Positions 36,764 to 46,680 are shown, numbered from the stretch's first letter. The stretch: DNA of 64,000 nt from Panacagrimonas sp. (GCA_046594215.1 JBKJPX010000103.1:4923-68922); one strand, 5' to 3'. The notes: a model not told the origin generated them from the sequence alone. Translations and numbers: made by a program.

Positions 36764-37714
36764 TTGAGCATTCATCAAAAACAGATCGCGATCAGCCTGC
36801 GCTCGCGCATCTTCACCACGCTGTTCCGCTGGTTCCTGAAGCCGATGCTGCGCCGGATGATCCACGGCAGCTTCGAGAGCATCGCGCGCCAGCAGCTTCG
36901 GCTCGCCGGCATGCCCTGCCGCGACACCGCGGGACTCGAACAGGGCTATCGCATCATTAATCGCGTGCCCGGCCAGACCGTCGGCAACTTCGAGGACCGC
37001 AGCAAGCCGGTGTTGCTGTGGTTGCACGGCGGCGCCTTCATCCTCCCCGCGGTACCCATGGTGCACCTGCGCCTGCTGGCGCTGCTGTGCAAGGAACTCG
37101 ACGCGATCGGCTTCCTGCCGGATTACCGCCTCGCGCCATTCAACAAGTTTCCCGCCGCGCTCGATGACTGCGAGCGCGCCTACGCGGGCCTGATCGACCT
37201 GGGATTCGATCCGGCGCGCATCGCCATCGGTGGCGACTCGGCGGGCGGAAATCTATTGCTCGGCGTGCTGCAGCGCGCGCGACGCAAGGGCATCCCGATG
37301 CCGGCCTGCGTGCTGCCGGTATCGCCGGCCACGGAACTGGGCCGCATCCAGGGTCCGCCATCGCGCTACCTGCAGCGCAAGCGTGACGCGATCCTGCCGA
37401 TCACCGCCCTGCAGCGCGTCGACGATCTCTACGCGGGCAACTGGGATGCTTCCGATCCCGAGCTCTCTCCGCTGTACGCCGACTACCGCGGCTTCCCGCC
37501 GATGTACTTTCTTGTGGGCGCCGAGGAAGTGTTGTCCGACGATTCGGTGATGGCGGCGCAGCAGGCGGAAGCCGCAGGGGTCGAGGTGCGCTGCGACGTC
37601 TGGCCGGTGTTGCCGCACGCCTTCCCCCTGTTCGAAAAAGTGTTCGCGGAAACGGCGGTCGCACGCGCCGACATGGTCGAGTTTCTCGCGCGCCATCTGC
37701 GTCGCGGGGCCTGA
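36764..37714 (+). CDS. Alpha/beta hydrolase, hormone-sensitive-lipase (Abhydrolase_3) type esterase
   Basis: HGGAF oxyanion motif and the GGDSAGGN nucleophile elbow. The TTG start at 36764 is uncertain; a downstream ATG is possible. Confidence 0.8.
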   Translation: MSIHQKQIAISLRSRIFTTLFRWFLKPMLRRMIHGSFESIARQQLRLAGMPCRDTAGLEQGYRIINRVPGQTVGNFEDRSKPVLLWLHGGAFILPAVPMVHLRLLALLCKELDAIGFLPDYRLAPFNKFPAALDDCERAYAGLIDLGFDPARIAIGGDSAGGNLLLGVLQRARRKGIPMPACVLPVSPATELGRIQGPPSRYLQRKRDAILPITALQRVDDLYAGNWDASDPELSPLYADYRGFPPMYFLVGAEEVLSDDSVMAAQQAEAAGVEVRCDVWPVLPHAFPLFEKVFAETAVARADMVEFLARHLRRGA

Positions 37715-38553
37715 TGGCGGCGGGATTCGTCGTCTGCCCGCTGTGCGCGAGCGTGTTCGAACACGGCGCGCAGACCTGGACCTGTGCGCAGGGACACGGC
37801 TTCGACGTGGCCCGCGAAGGCTACGTGAACCTGCTGCCAGCGCAGCACAAGCACAGCCGCGAGCCGGGCGATCGGCCCGAGTCGCTGCAGGCGCGTCGCG
37901 CCTTCCTGGGCGCCGGCCACTACGCGCCGCTACGCGACGCCATGGTCGAGATGCTCGCGCCCATGCAGCCCGCGACGCTGCTCGATATCGGCTGCGGCGA
38001 GGGCTACTACACCGGCGCGATGGCGACGCGAGCGGTGCAGACCGTGGGCCTGGACATCGCCAAGCCCGCGATTCGGCTCGCTGCCAAGCGCTTTCGCGAC
38101 GTGACCTGGATCGTCGGCAGCGGCGCGCGACTGCCGATCGCGAGCGAATCCATCGACGTGATCTGCACGCTGTTCACGCCGCTGCACGAAGCCGAGATGG
38201 CGCGCGTGCTGCGGCCGGGTGGACGGGTACTGCTGGTGACGCCGGATGCGGCGCACCTGCACGCACTGCGCGCCGCGCTGTTCGACGTGGTCGAGCCGCA
38301 CGAGCCGGACAAGTTCCTGGCGGGCTTCGAGCCCCTGTTCGGACTGTCGGCGAAGCGCGCGCTGCGCTACGCGCTGGACCTGTCGCCGCAGGACTTGAAG
38401 CTGCTGCTGACGATGACGCCCTATGCCTGGAAAGCGCGTCCGGAGCGACGGGTCGAACTCGAGGCCCGCAGCGGGCTCGCCACCGAGGCCGCGTTCTCGA
38501 TCCTGCAGTTCACGAAGCGGCCGTCAGCGTCGTCGACAGCGCCTTCGCGATGA
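37714..38553 (+). CDS. rlmA: RlmA-like 23S rRNA (guanine-N1)-methyltransferase
   Basis: N-terminal zinc finger CPLC...WTCAQGHGFDVAREGYVNLL and the SAM motif LLDIGCGEGYY. Confidence 0.8.
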   Translation: MAAGFVVCPLCASVFEHGAQTWTCAQGHGFDVAREGYVNLLPAQHKHSREPGDRPESLQARRAFLGAGHYAPLRDAMVEMLAPMQPATLLDIGCGEGYYTGAMATRAVQTVGLDIAKPAIRLAAKRFRDVTWIVGSGARLPIASESIDVICTLFTPLHEAEMARVLRPGGRVLLVTPDAAHLHALRAALFDVVEPHEPDKFLAGFEPLFGLSAKRALRYALDLSPQDLKLLLTMTPYAWKARPERRVELEARSGLATEAAFSILQFTKRPSASSTAPSR

Positions 38554-40441
38554 ACTGGCGCGGCACCTTGGAGCGCGGCACGCGTTGCTCGAACCAGCTG
38601 CGCACATCCTGGTCCAGCCCGAGGCCGTGCATGTAGTTGTACAGCGCCTTGTTGAGCGCCACGCCCAGAGGGGCATGGTCCACACCGCTCGGATCCACGA
38701 ACTCGATGTCGTTCTTTGCGAACCGACCCGTGGGCGAAGGCATCAAGGTGATGCCGTATTCCTGCGGCTGCTTGCCCACCGGCGAATGCACGGTGCAGGC
38801 GAAGCGATGGAAGAAGCCCGACTGGATGCAGCCGGCCTCGAACAGCTGCCGCACGTATTCCAGCGAATCGACGGTGTCCTGCACGGTCTGTGTCGGGAAG
38901 CCGTACATCAGGTAGGCATGCACGAGGATCCCGGCGTCCGCGAAGGCACGCGTGACCCGCGCAACCTGGTCCACCGACACGCCCTTCTTCATGAGCTTGA
39001 GCAGGCGATCCGACGCCACTTCGAGCCCGCCCGAGATCGCGATGCATCCGCTGTCGGCGAGTTCGCGACACAGCGCTGGCGTGAAGGATTTCTCGAAGCG
39101 GATGTTGCCCCACCAGGAGATGGAGACCTCGCGCTTGATCAGCTCTGCCGCCAGCGACTTGAGGCCTTTTGGAGGCGCCGCCTCGTCGACGAAATGGAAT
39201 CCGGTCTGCCCGGTTTCCTTGACGACCGCCTCGATGCGATCCACGAGCGTCGTCGCGCTCGCCAGGTCGTAGCGCGAGATGTAGTCGAGGCTGACGTCGC
39301 AGAAGCTGCACTTCTTCCAGTAGCAGCCGTGCGCGACCGTGAGCTTGTTCCAGCGGCCGTCCGACCACAGGCGGTGCATGGGGTTGAGCATGTCGAGCAG
39401 GGACAGGTAACGATCCAGCGGCAGCCCGTCCCAGGTCGGCGTGCCGACCTCGTTGAAGGGCACATCGGGCTCGCCGCAATCCACGTAGCGCACCACGCCC
39501 GCGTCGTCGCGCAGGAAGGTTCGCGACAGCCGCTCGCGTGGCCGCTCGCCGCGCAGGTGTTCGAGCAGCGCGATCGCCGGCCGCTCGCCGGCATCGAGCG
39601 TCACGTAGTCGAAGTGGTCGAACACGCGCGGCTCCGAGAGTTCGCGCAGCTCGGTGTTGACGTAACCGCCGCCGAGGAGCGTGACGATCTTCGGATTCCG
39701 CGCCTTGATCGTCTGTGCGATCCGGAACGCGGCGTAGACCGCGCCCGGGAAAGGGGCCGAGATCAGCACGACGTCGGGCGTATGGCGCTGGATGGCCTCG
39801 AGCGTCAACGCGTGCAGCGTCGCGTCGACGAGCGTTGGCGGCGCAGCCAGGGCAGTCGCCATCGGCTCGAAGTGCGGCTGGCTTTGCGCCAGCGACTCGG
39901 CGTAGCGCACGAACTCGAAGCGCGAGTCGACCGCGTCCCGCAGCACGTCGGCCAGGTCGTTCAGATACAGCGTGGCGAGGTGCCGCGCCCGGTCCTGCGC
40001 CCCCAGCGCGCCGAAGGCCCAGGCCAGCGGGTCGCCGCCGTCCTCGTCCACGTAGATGTCCAGCGAGGCGAAGCGCGGCCCCTCGGGCAGGAAGCCGCGC
40101 GTGCAGATGCGGTGCGAGATCGTCGGATCGCGCGTCTGCAGAAACGCCAGGGTCACGGGCAGGGTGGCGCGGTAGCGCTCGTAGGCAGCCAGGAAATGCT
40201 TCACGCAGACGCTGCGTTTGCGCTCGGACAAGCCCAGGGCCGCAGAGCGGAGCTGTTCCAGGCCTTCCCGCGACAACAGCTTCAGGACCAGCGCCAGGGC
40301 CAGGTCCACCTGGTACGCATCGACGCCGCGCGAACGCAGGAAGCCCGTGAGGTAGGCGGTGGACGGGTAGGGCGTGTTGAGCTGCGTCATCGGGGGGATG
40401 ACGGACAGGACACGGAGCGACGCGACGGGCATGGCGCGCAT
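38510..40441 (-). CDS. B12-binding-domain radical SAM protein
   Basis: 643 aa. N-terminal B12-binding-like domain (VLSVIPPMTQLNTPYPSTAYL), the cluster motif HGCYWKKCSFCD, then GGLEVASDRLL. Its 3' end overlaps the convergent rlmA-like gene by 44 nt. Confidence 0.85.
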   Translation of the reverse strand: MRAMPVASLRVLSVIPPMTQLNTPYPSTAYLTGFLRSRGVDAYQVDLALALVLKLLSREGLEQLRSAALGLSERKRSVCVKHFLAAYERYRATLPVTLAFLQTRDPTISHRICTRGFLPEGPRFASLDIYVDEDGGDPLAWAFGALGAQDRARHLATLYLNDLADVLRDAVDSRFEFVRYAESLAQSQPHFEPMATALAAPPTLVDATLHALTLEAIQRHTPDVVLISAPFPGAVYAAFRIAQTIKARNPKIVTLLGGGYVNTELRELSEPRVFDHFDYVTLDAGERPAIALLEHLRGERPRERLSRTFLRDDAGVVRYVDCGEPDVPFNEVGTPTWDGLPLDRYLSLLDMLNPMHRLWSDGRWNKLTVAHGCYWKKCSFCDVSLDYISRYDLASATTLVDRIEAVVKETGQTGFHFVDEAAPPKGLKSLAAELIKREVSISWWGNIRFEKSFTPALCRELADSGCIAISGGLEVASDRLLKLMKKGVSVDQVARVTRAFADAGILVHAYLMYGFPTQTVQDTVDSLEYVRQLFEAGCIQSGFFHRFACTVHSPVGKQPQEYGITLMPSPTGRFAKNDIEFVDPSGVDHAPLGVALNKALYNYMHGLGLDQDVRSWFEQRVPRSKVPRQFIAKALSTTLTAAS

Positions 40442-40558
40442 CCTGCCCTGCTCGCGGGCCCGCTGCGAATCGGCATCCCTCCTGCTTGTGAACGAGGGAA
40501 AGATGCTCCGCGCCGTTAGACTGGGCGTCTTGCCCGCACGACCGAGGCCGCTTCAACC

Positions 40559-41797
40559 ATGACCGAGTCCGCAACTGCCCCCGAGAGCGTCGTCATCGTC
40601 GGTGCCGGCCAGGCCGGGGGCGAAACCGCTGCCGAGCTTCGCCGCCAGGGTTACACGGGGCCCATCACCATCGTCGGCGAAGAGCCGCACGTGCCGTACA
40701 AGCGCCCGCCGCTGTCGAAGACCTATCTCGCGGGCGCGGCCACCAAGGAATCGCTGTACGTGCTGTCCGCCGCCGCGATGGAGAAGGCCAACATCGAGTT
40801 CATCGGCGGCGTGCGCGCCACCGCGATCGACCGCAAGGGCAAGACCCTGGCGCTGTCCGACGGCCGCACACTGCCCTACGGCAAGCTGATGCTGGCCACG
40901 GGCGGTCGGCCGCGCCTGCTCACGATCCCGGGTTCGGACCTGCCGGGCATCCACGTCGTTCGCGGCATCGCCGACGTGGACGCGATCCGCGAGAAGCTTG
41001 GCCCCGGCAAGCGCCTCGTGATCGTAGGCGGCGGTTACATCGGCCTCGAAGTGGCGTCCGTGGCCACAAAGGCCGGGCTGCAGGTGACCGTGCTGGAAAG
41101 CGCGCCGCGCGTGCTGCAGCGCGTGACCGCGCCCGAGATGTCGGCGTTCTACGAGAAGGTGCACCGCGAGGCGGGTGTCGACGTGCGCACCGGCGTCCAG
41201 ATCGCGGGTTTCGAGCAACAGGGCGACGCCATCCACGTGAAACTGGTGGGCGGCGATGTCGAGGGCGACCTCGTGATTGTGGGCATCGGCCTGGTCGCGA
41301 ACACCGAGCTGGCCTCCGAAGCCGGGCTCGAGGTCGACAACGGCATCGTCGTCGACGAGTTCACGCGCACCTCCGATCCGGACATCCATTCCGCGGGCGA
41401 CTGCACCTCGCACCCGAGCGAGTTTCTCGGCCGTCGCGTGCGTCTCGAATCGGTGCAGAACGCGATGGAGCAGGGTCGCGCGGGCGCGCTGAACATGCTC
41501 GGCAAGGCCACGAAGTACGCCAACGTGCCCTGGTTCTGGTCGGACCAGTACGACCTCAAGCTGCAGATGGTCGGCATGTCGGGCGGCTACGACCAGGTCG
41601 TGCTGCGCGGCGATCCGGCAAAGCGCAGTTTCGGCGCGTTCTATTTCAAGGATGGGCACCTGATCGCGGTGGACACCGTGAGCCGGCCGCAGGAATTCAT
41701 GCTGGCCAAAAAGATGGTCGCGCTCAAGGCGAAGGTCGATCCGGCGAAGCTGGCGGACGAAACCATTGCGATGAAGGATCTCGTTCCTGCGGCGTGA
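40559..41797 (+). CDS. FAD-dependent ferredoxin--NAD(P)+ reductase (putidaredoxin-reductase type)
   Basis: VVIVGAGQAGGE and LVIVGGGYIGLE dinucleotide motifs, YKRPPLSK, and the C-terminal reductase domain. Confidence 0.88.
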   Translation: MTESATAPESVVIVGAGQAGGETAAELRRQGYTGPITIVGEEPHVPYKRPPLSKTYLAGAATKESLYVLSAAAMEKANIEFIGGVRATAIDRKGKTLALSDGRTLPYGKLMLATGGRPRLLTIPGSDLPGIHVVRGIADVDAIREKLGPGKRLVIVGGGYIGLEVASVATKAGLQVTVLESAPRVLQRVTAPEMSAFYEKVHREAGVDVRTGVQIAGFEQQGDAIHVKLVGGDVEGDLVIVGIGLVANTELASEAGLEVDNGIVVDEFTRTSDPDIHSAGDCTSHPSEFLGRRVRLESVQNAMEQGRAGALNMLGKATKYANVPWFWSDQYDLKLQMVGMSGGYDQVVLRGDPAKRSFGAFYFKDGHLIAVDTVSRPQEFMLAKKMVALKAKVDPAKLADETIAMKDLVPAA

Positions 41798-41858
41798 GGC
41801 CCCGGATCTCGTCGGCGCCACGCCGCGCTTGGTTCGTTCGAACGGTGCCCGCTGACGC

Positions 41859-43175
41859 GTGACAAACGACCTGCAGCCGAGCGCACCCGCTCCTGTCCCG
41901 TTCGCCGAAGCCCTGCGCTGGTGGCTCAAGCTCGGCTGCATCAGCTTCGGCGGCCCCGCGGGCCAGATTGCGATCATGCATCGCGAACTCGTGGAGACCC
42001 GTCGCTGGATCTCCGAGAAGCGCTTCCTGCACGCGCTGAACTACTGCATGTTGCTGCCCGGTCCGGAGGCGCAGCAGCTCGCGACCTATATCGGCTGGCT
42101 CATGCACGGCGTACGCGGCGGCATCGCGGCGGGCGCCCTGTTCGTACTGCCCTCGCTGGTGCTGCTGATCGGCCTGTCCTGGGCGTACGTGAGCCTTGGC
42201 GCGATCCTGGCGGCCGACGTGCTGTACGGCATCCGGCCCGCGGTCGTCGCCATCGTCGCTTTCGCGGCCTGGCGCATCGGCACGCGCGTGCTGCGCCGGA
42301 AGCTGCTGTGGATCGTGACGATCACGGCTTTCGTCGCACTGTACTTCGGGGTCGCGTTCCCGTGGGTGATCGCGGCCGCGGCGCTGTATGGCTGGCTGTT
42401 GCGTGCGCGCCTGCAGGCGACCGCGACGCACGCAGCGGCCACGAGACCTGCCGGACCCGCGCTGATCGACGACGACACGCCGACGCCGCTGCACGCGCAG
42501 TTCGCGTGGTCGCGGCTGATCCTCACCTTGCTCCTGTGCCTGCTGATCGGCGGCACCGTGTACGCGAGCATCGCGTGGTGGGTCGGCTTCGACTCGATGT
42601 TCACGGCCATGTCCTGTTTCTTCACCAAGGCGGCGCTCGTGACCTTCGGCGGGGCGTATGCGGTGATGCCCTACGTGGTGCAGGGTGCGGTCGTGACACA
42701 CGGCTGGCTCGCCGCGCCGCAGATGCTCGACGGCCTGGCGCTGGGCGAGACCACGCCGGGCCCGTTGATCATGGTGGTGGCCTTCGTGGGTTTTCTCGGC
42801 GGCTGGAACGGCGGGTACTCAGACCCGCTGCACGCCGCCGTAGCCGGCGCCTGCGTCGCGACCTTCTTCACCTTCCTTCCGTCGTTCGCGTTCATCCTGG
42901 CCGGGGCGCCCTATGTCGAACGCACCCGACAGGACTTCCGCCTGGCGGGCCCGATGAGCGCGATCACGGCGGCCGTGGTCGGCGCGATCCTGTCGCTCGC
43001 CCTGTTCTTTGCCGCGCACGTTTTCTGGCCGCGGGGGCAGGGGGCGGCGCCGGACTTCGTCGCGATGGCGCTTGCCGCATTCGGGTTCGTCGCGCTCTGG
43101 CGTGTCTGGCTGGGCATGGTGCCGCTGATCCTCGCCCTGGGTGTCGCGGGTGCGTTGTTCCGGAGCCTTCTCTGA
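41859..43175 (+). CDS. chrA: Chromate ion transporter (fused two-domain CHR family)
   Basis: 438 aa. ISFGGPAGQIAIMHRELV ... LLPGPEAQQLA in the first half and TFGGAYAVMPY ... TPGPLIMVVAF in the second half. Confidence 0.88.
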   Translation: MTNDLQPSAPAPVPFAEALRWWLKLGCISFGGPAGQIAIMHRELVETRRWISEKRFLHALNYCMLLPGPEAQQLATYIGWLMHGVRGGIAAGALFVLPSLVLLIGLSWAYVSLGAILAADVLYGIRPAVVAIVAFAAWRIGTRVLRRKLLWIVTITAFVALYFGVAFPWVIAAAALYGWLLRARLQATATHAAATRPAGPALIDDDTPTPLHAQFAWSRLILTLLLCLLIGGTVYASIAWWVGFDSMFTAMSCFFTKAALVTFGGAYAVMPYVVQGAVVTHGWLAAPQMLDGLALGETTPGPLIMVVAFVGFLGGWNGGYSDPLHAAVAGACVATFFTFLPSFAFILAGAPYVERTRQDFRLAGPMSAITAAVVGAILSLALFFAAHVFWPRGQGAAPDFVAMALAAFGFVALWRVWLGMVPLILALGVAGALFRSLL

Positions 43176-43295
43176 GGGGTCTCACCCATTTGCAGCATGT
43201 AGCCCCGACCGCGGCTGCCTAGTCTGCGATGTGTCCCGACGTTCGCCCCCGCGAAGGCGCGTAACGCACCACGAAGAGGAGACGCAAGCTGCCAC

Positions 43296-43466
43296 TACTT
43301 CGGACCGGACTGCCTGTACGGGTCCACCGACTTCCCGCATCCCGCGACCTGCTGGCCGAACTCGCGTCAGCAGGTCGTCGGCCCGTTCGCAGAGGCGGGC
43401 ATCCCGCAGGTCGATCGCGTGAAGATCACCTCGGGCAACGCGCTGCGGACCTTCGGCCTGGGCTGA
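43296..43466 (+). pseudogene. 3' remnant of an amidohydrolase-2 (COG2159-type metal hydrolase) gene
   Basis: Frame 0 reads YFGPDCLYGSTDFPHP...VKITSGNALRTFGLG-stop, which resembles the C-terminal about 55 aa of amidohydrolase_2 proteins. There is no room for the rest because chrA ends at 43175. No start codon. Confidence 0.5.
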
Positions 43467-43509
43467 TCCTTCGCGGTAGAACAAGACGAATACGAAACGA
43501 GACGACGAC

Positions 43510-46038
43510 ATGGCGGGCGTACTGCAGAACCTGAAGGTCCTGGACCTCACCTCCGGCATCGCCGGGCCGATGACCGCGATGCTGCTCGGCGACAACGGCG
43601 CCGACGTCATCAAGATCGAACCGCCGGGCGGCGATCCCGCACGCAGGACCGAAGGCCCGCATCGACTCGGCTACACGGTCTGGCAGCGCGGAAAGCGCAG
43701 CGCATTCCTGGATCTCGCGAATCCCGAGGACCTGGAATTGTTCCTCGCGCTCGCGAGCACCGCGGACATCCTCGTCGAGTCCCACACGCCGGGCGAAACC
43801 ACGAAGCTCGGCATCGACTACGGCACGCTGAGTGCGGCCAACCCGCGCCTGCTCTACTGCTCGATCACGGCGTATGGACGCGACAACGCGCACAGCCAGC
43901 GGCCCGCGGTCGACGCGCTGGTGCAGGCGCGCACCGGCCTGATGTTCGAACAGCGCGGCTGGGCCGAGGGCGCACTCAATCACATGAACGGCGAGCCCGA
44001 TCCGTTCCCGGACCTCGAGATCCCGCAGGATCAGGTGCAGGGCGCGCCGCGACCGGGTCCGCTGTTCGTAGCCTCCCAGTGGCCCAGCCTGGGTGCGTTC
44101 TTCACCGCGAGCCTCGGCATCGCGGCCGCCCTGCGTGCGCGCGAAATCACGGGGCGCGGTCAGTGGGTCGAGACTTCGCTCATGCAGGGCGCGTTCGCAG
44201 GCGCGGCGGGCGTCTGGCAGCGCGCGGAAAAGATCGACTCGCCGGGGTTCGACACCTGGATCCTCAATTCGAAGTCGTCCAAGGGCCATTTCCGGGCGAA
44301 AGACGGCAAGTGGCTGCACAACTGGGTGCCCAACCCGCGCTTCATTCTGCAGGCCGCGGAGGGCGACAGGCTCAACGCCTCGCCGGACCTCACGGTGCAG
44401 AACGATCCGGACCGTTTCGGCACCGGCCCCGAGGAAATTCTCGTGATGTCGCACTACCAGCCGATCCTTGCCGAGGCCGTCGCGAAGTTCCCGGTGAAGG
44501 ACTGGATCGAGGCCGCGGCGATCGCCGAGATGACGATGCAGCCAGTGCGCAGCATCGAGGAATCGCTGGCCGATCCGGCCTTCCTACAGGACGGTTGCGT
44601 GCGCGAGGTCGAGGATCCCGAGCTCGGCACGATCCGCACGGTCGGTAATGCGTTCAACATGAGTCTCACGCAGGGCGAGCCCGGCGCGGCCGCGGTCAGG
44701 CCCGGCGCGAACACAGCCGAGATCAAGGCGGAGGCGGCCAAGATCATTGCGGAAGCCAAGGCTGCGAAGACCGCCTCCGGTGTCAGGAAAATCAAGGCGC
44801 CGCTCGAGGGCATCGTCGTGCTCGACCTGGGCCTGGCGATCGCCGGGCCCTTCAGCACGCAGCTGCTCAGCGATCTGGGCGCCACGGTGATCAAGGTCAA
44901 CGGCCTGTTCGACCTGTTCTGGCACCGCGTGCACATCGCCTACATGGCCAATCGCGGCAAGAAGTCGATCACGCTCAACCTCAAGGACCCTCGCGCGATG
45001 AAGGTTCTGCTGGAGCTCGTGGCCAAGGCCGACGTGGTCCAGCACAACATGCGCTACGACGCGGCCGAGCGCCTGAAGATCGATTACGAGTCGCTGCGGA
45101 AGCTCAACCCGAAACTGATCTACGCCCACTCGCGCGGCTTCGAGCGCGGCGTGCGCGCGGGCCTGCCCGGCAACGACCAGACGGGCGCCTGCCTGTCCGG
45201 CGTCCAGTTCGAGGATGGCGGCATGGGGCGGGGCGAAGGCGGTCGCCCGATGTGGAGTTTCACGAGCTTCGGCGACACGGGTAACGGTTTTCTCTCCGCG
45301 ACCGCGATCTGCAACGCGATCTACCACCGCGACCGCACCGGTGAAGGCCAGTTCGTCGATACCTCGATCATCAACGCGGCGCTGCTGAACACCAGCTACG
45401 CGGTCGCGCGGCCCGACGGCTCGGGCTTCACGCGTCCACGCATCGACGGCATGCAGCTCGGCTTCTCCGCGGGGCATCGCCTGTACGAGACGAGCGACGG
45501 CTGGATCTGCATCGCGCTGTCGTCGACGGCGCATTGGGCCGCGCTGGTCGCCGCGCTCGGCCTGTCCGCCGACCTGCGGACCTGGGACGACGACGCGCAG
45601 GCCCGGCTCATCGGGGATGCGATCGTGTCGCTGAGCGCGCAGGTCGCGTTCGAGAAGCTCGACGCGGCGAGGGTGCCGGTCGAGATCGTGGACCCCGAGT
45701 TCTCGCGCCGTCTGCACGACGACGCCGAGTTCGCGCGTCGTCGCTGGACCGTGTCCTACGCGCACCCGGTGGTCGGCAAGCTCGACCAGATCGGCCTGCT
45801 GTTCGACCTGTCCGATACGCCGGGCGTGATCCAGGGGCGGCCGTTGCTGGTCGGCGAGCACACCCAGGAAATCATGAGCGGCCTCGGCTACGACGAGGAG
45901 CAGATCAAGACGATGGAAGAGCAGCTCGCGGTCGGCTTCGCGGGCATGCCGCGCATGCCGCCGCGGCCTGCTGTCGCACAGGCCGGCGCGCCGAAGCCGG
46001 GCATGGCGAGCCTGCTGGAGAAGGAAGCCAAAAAGTAG
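43510..46038 (+). CDS. Tandem (two-domain, single-chain) family III CoA-transferase (CaiB/BaiF type)
   Basis: 842 aa. The family III N-terminal signature occurs twice: LKVLDLTSGIAGPMTAMLLGDNGADVIKIEPPGG at aa 8-41 and IVVLDLGLAIAGPFSTQLLSDLGATVIKVNG at aa 435-465. The two halves are joined by an Ala/Lys-rich linker (aa 400-428). Confidence 0.85.
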   Translation: MAGVLQNLKVLDLTSGIAGPMTAMLLGDNGADVIKIEPPGGDPARRTEGPHRLGYTVWQRGKRSAFLDLANPEDLELFLALASTADILVESHTPGETTKLGIDYGTLSAANPRLLYCSITAYGRDNAHSQRPAVDALVQARTGLMFEQRGWAEGALNHMNGEPDPFPDLEIPQDQVQGAPRPGPLFVASQWPSLGAFFTASLGIAAALRAREITGRGQWVETSLMQGAFAGAAGVWQRAEKIDSPGFDTWILNSKSSKGHFRAKDGKWLHNWVPNPRFILQAAEGDRLNASPDLTVQNDPDRFGTGPEEILVMSHYQPILAEAVAKFPVKDWIEAAAIAEMTMQPVRSIEESLADPAFLQDGCVREVEDPELGTIRTVGNAFNMSLTQGEPGAAAVRPGANTAEIKAEAAKIIAEAKAAKTASGVRKIKAPLEGIVVLDLGLAIAGPFSTQLLSDLGATVIKVNGLFDLFWHRVHIAYMANRGKKSITLNLKDPRAMKVLLELVAKADVVQHNMRYDAAERLKIDYESLRKLNPKLIYAHSRGFERGVRAGLPGNDQTGACLSGVQFEDGGMGRGEGGRPMWSFTSFGDTGNGFLSATAICNAIYHRDRTGEGQFVDTSIINAALLNTSYAVARPDGSGFTRPRIDGMQLGFSAGHRLYETSDGWICIALSSTAHWAALVAALGLSADLRTWDDDAQARLIGDAIVSLSAQVAFEKLDAARVPVEIVDPEFSRRLHDDAEFARRRWTVSYAHPVVGKLDQIGLLFDLSDTPGVIQGRPLLVGEHTQEIMSGLGYDEEQIKTMEEQLAVGFAGMPRMPPRPAVAQAGAPKPGMASLLEKEAKK

Positions 46039-46140
46039 CCGGGACGAAGACGGGGATTTTTCCCCTTTCGCTGCGAGAGACCCTGGACCTACTAGGCTGC
46101 GTTGGCCGTATCCTGCGGCGTTTCCCACACCGCGCGCCCC

Positions 46141-46680
46141 ATGGCTCTCACCGCAACCCTGCACACCTTCACGATCCAGCTCGCCAACATGGATCGGGGC
46201 ACCTATGCGGACTTCGAGCTGCGCGTGGCGCAGCAGCCCTCGGAAACCCCCGAGTTCATGCTGGTGCGCGTACTGGCCTACTGTCTCGAATACGAGGAAG
46301 GCATCGCGCTCACCGAGGGCGTGGCGGCGGTCGACGAACCCGCCGTGCTCGTGCGTGACCTCACGGGCCGCATCACGGCCTGGATCGAGGTCGGCGCGCC
46401 GGACGCCGATCGCCTGCACCGCGGCAGCAAGCACGCCGGCCGCGCCGCGCTGTACACGCACCGCCCGATCGAGCTGCTGCTGTCGCAGTACGCCGGCAGC
46501 CGTATCCACCGCGCCGAGGAGCTGCCGATCCACGCCTTCCCGCGCGACTTCGTCGGCGACGCCGCCAAGCGCCTGCAGCGTCGCTCCAAGCTGTCTGTTT
46601 CGTTCACCGAAGGCGAGCTCTACCTCGACATCGACGGGCACTCGATGACCGCCGCCGTCGACACGCGCCGGCTCGCCTGA
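46141..46680 (+). CDS. yaeQ: YaeQ family protein
   Basis: 179 aa. MALTATLHTFTIQLANMDRGTYADFELRVAQQPSET...VLAYCLEY is the characteristic YaeQ N-terminus. Confidence 0.85.
   Translation: MALTATLHTFTIQLANMDRGTYADFELRVAQQPSETPEFMLVRVLAYCLEYEEGIALTEGVAAVDEPAVLVRDLTGRITAWIEVGAPDADRLHRGSKHAGRAALYTHRPIELLLSQYAGSRIHRAEELPIHAFPRDFVGDAAKRLQRRSKLSVSFTEGELYLDIDGHSMTAAVDTRRLA

Noticed and set aside
46039-46140. GGGGATTTTTCCCC mini-hairpin after the CoA-transferase gene, considered as a terminator.
   Set aside because: The stem is only 4-5 bp and the trailing T-run is interrupted. The support is insufficient.
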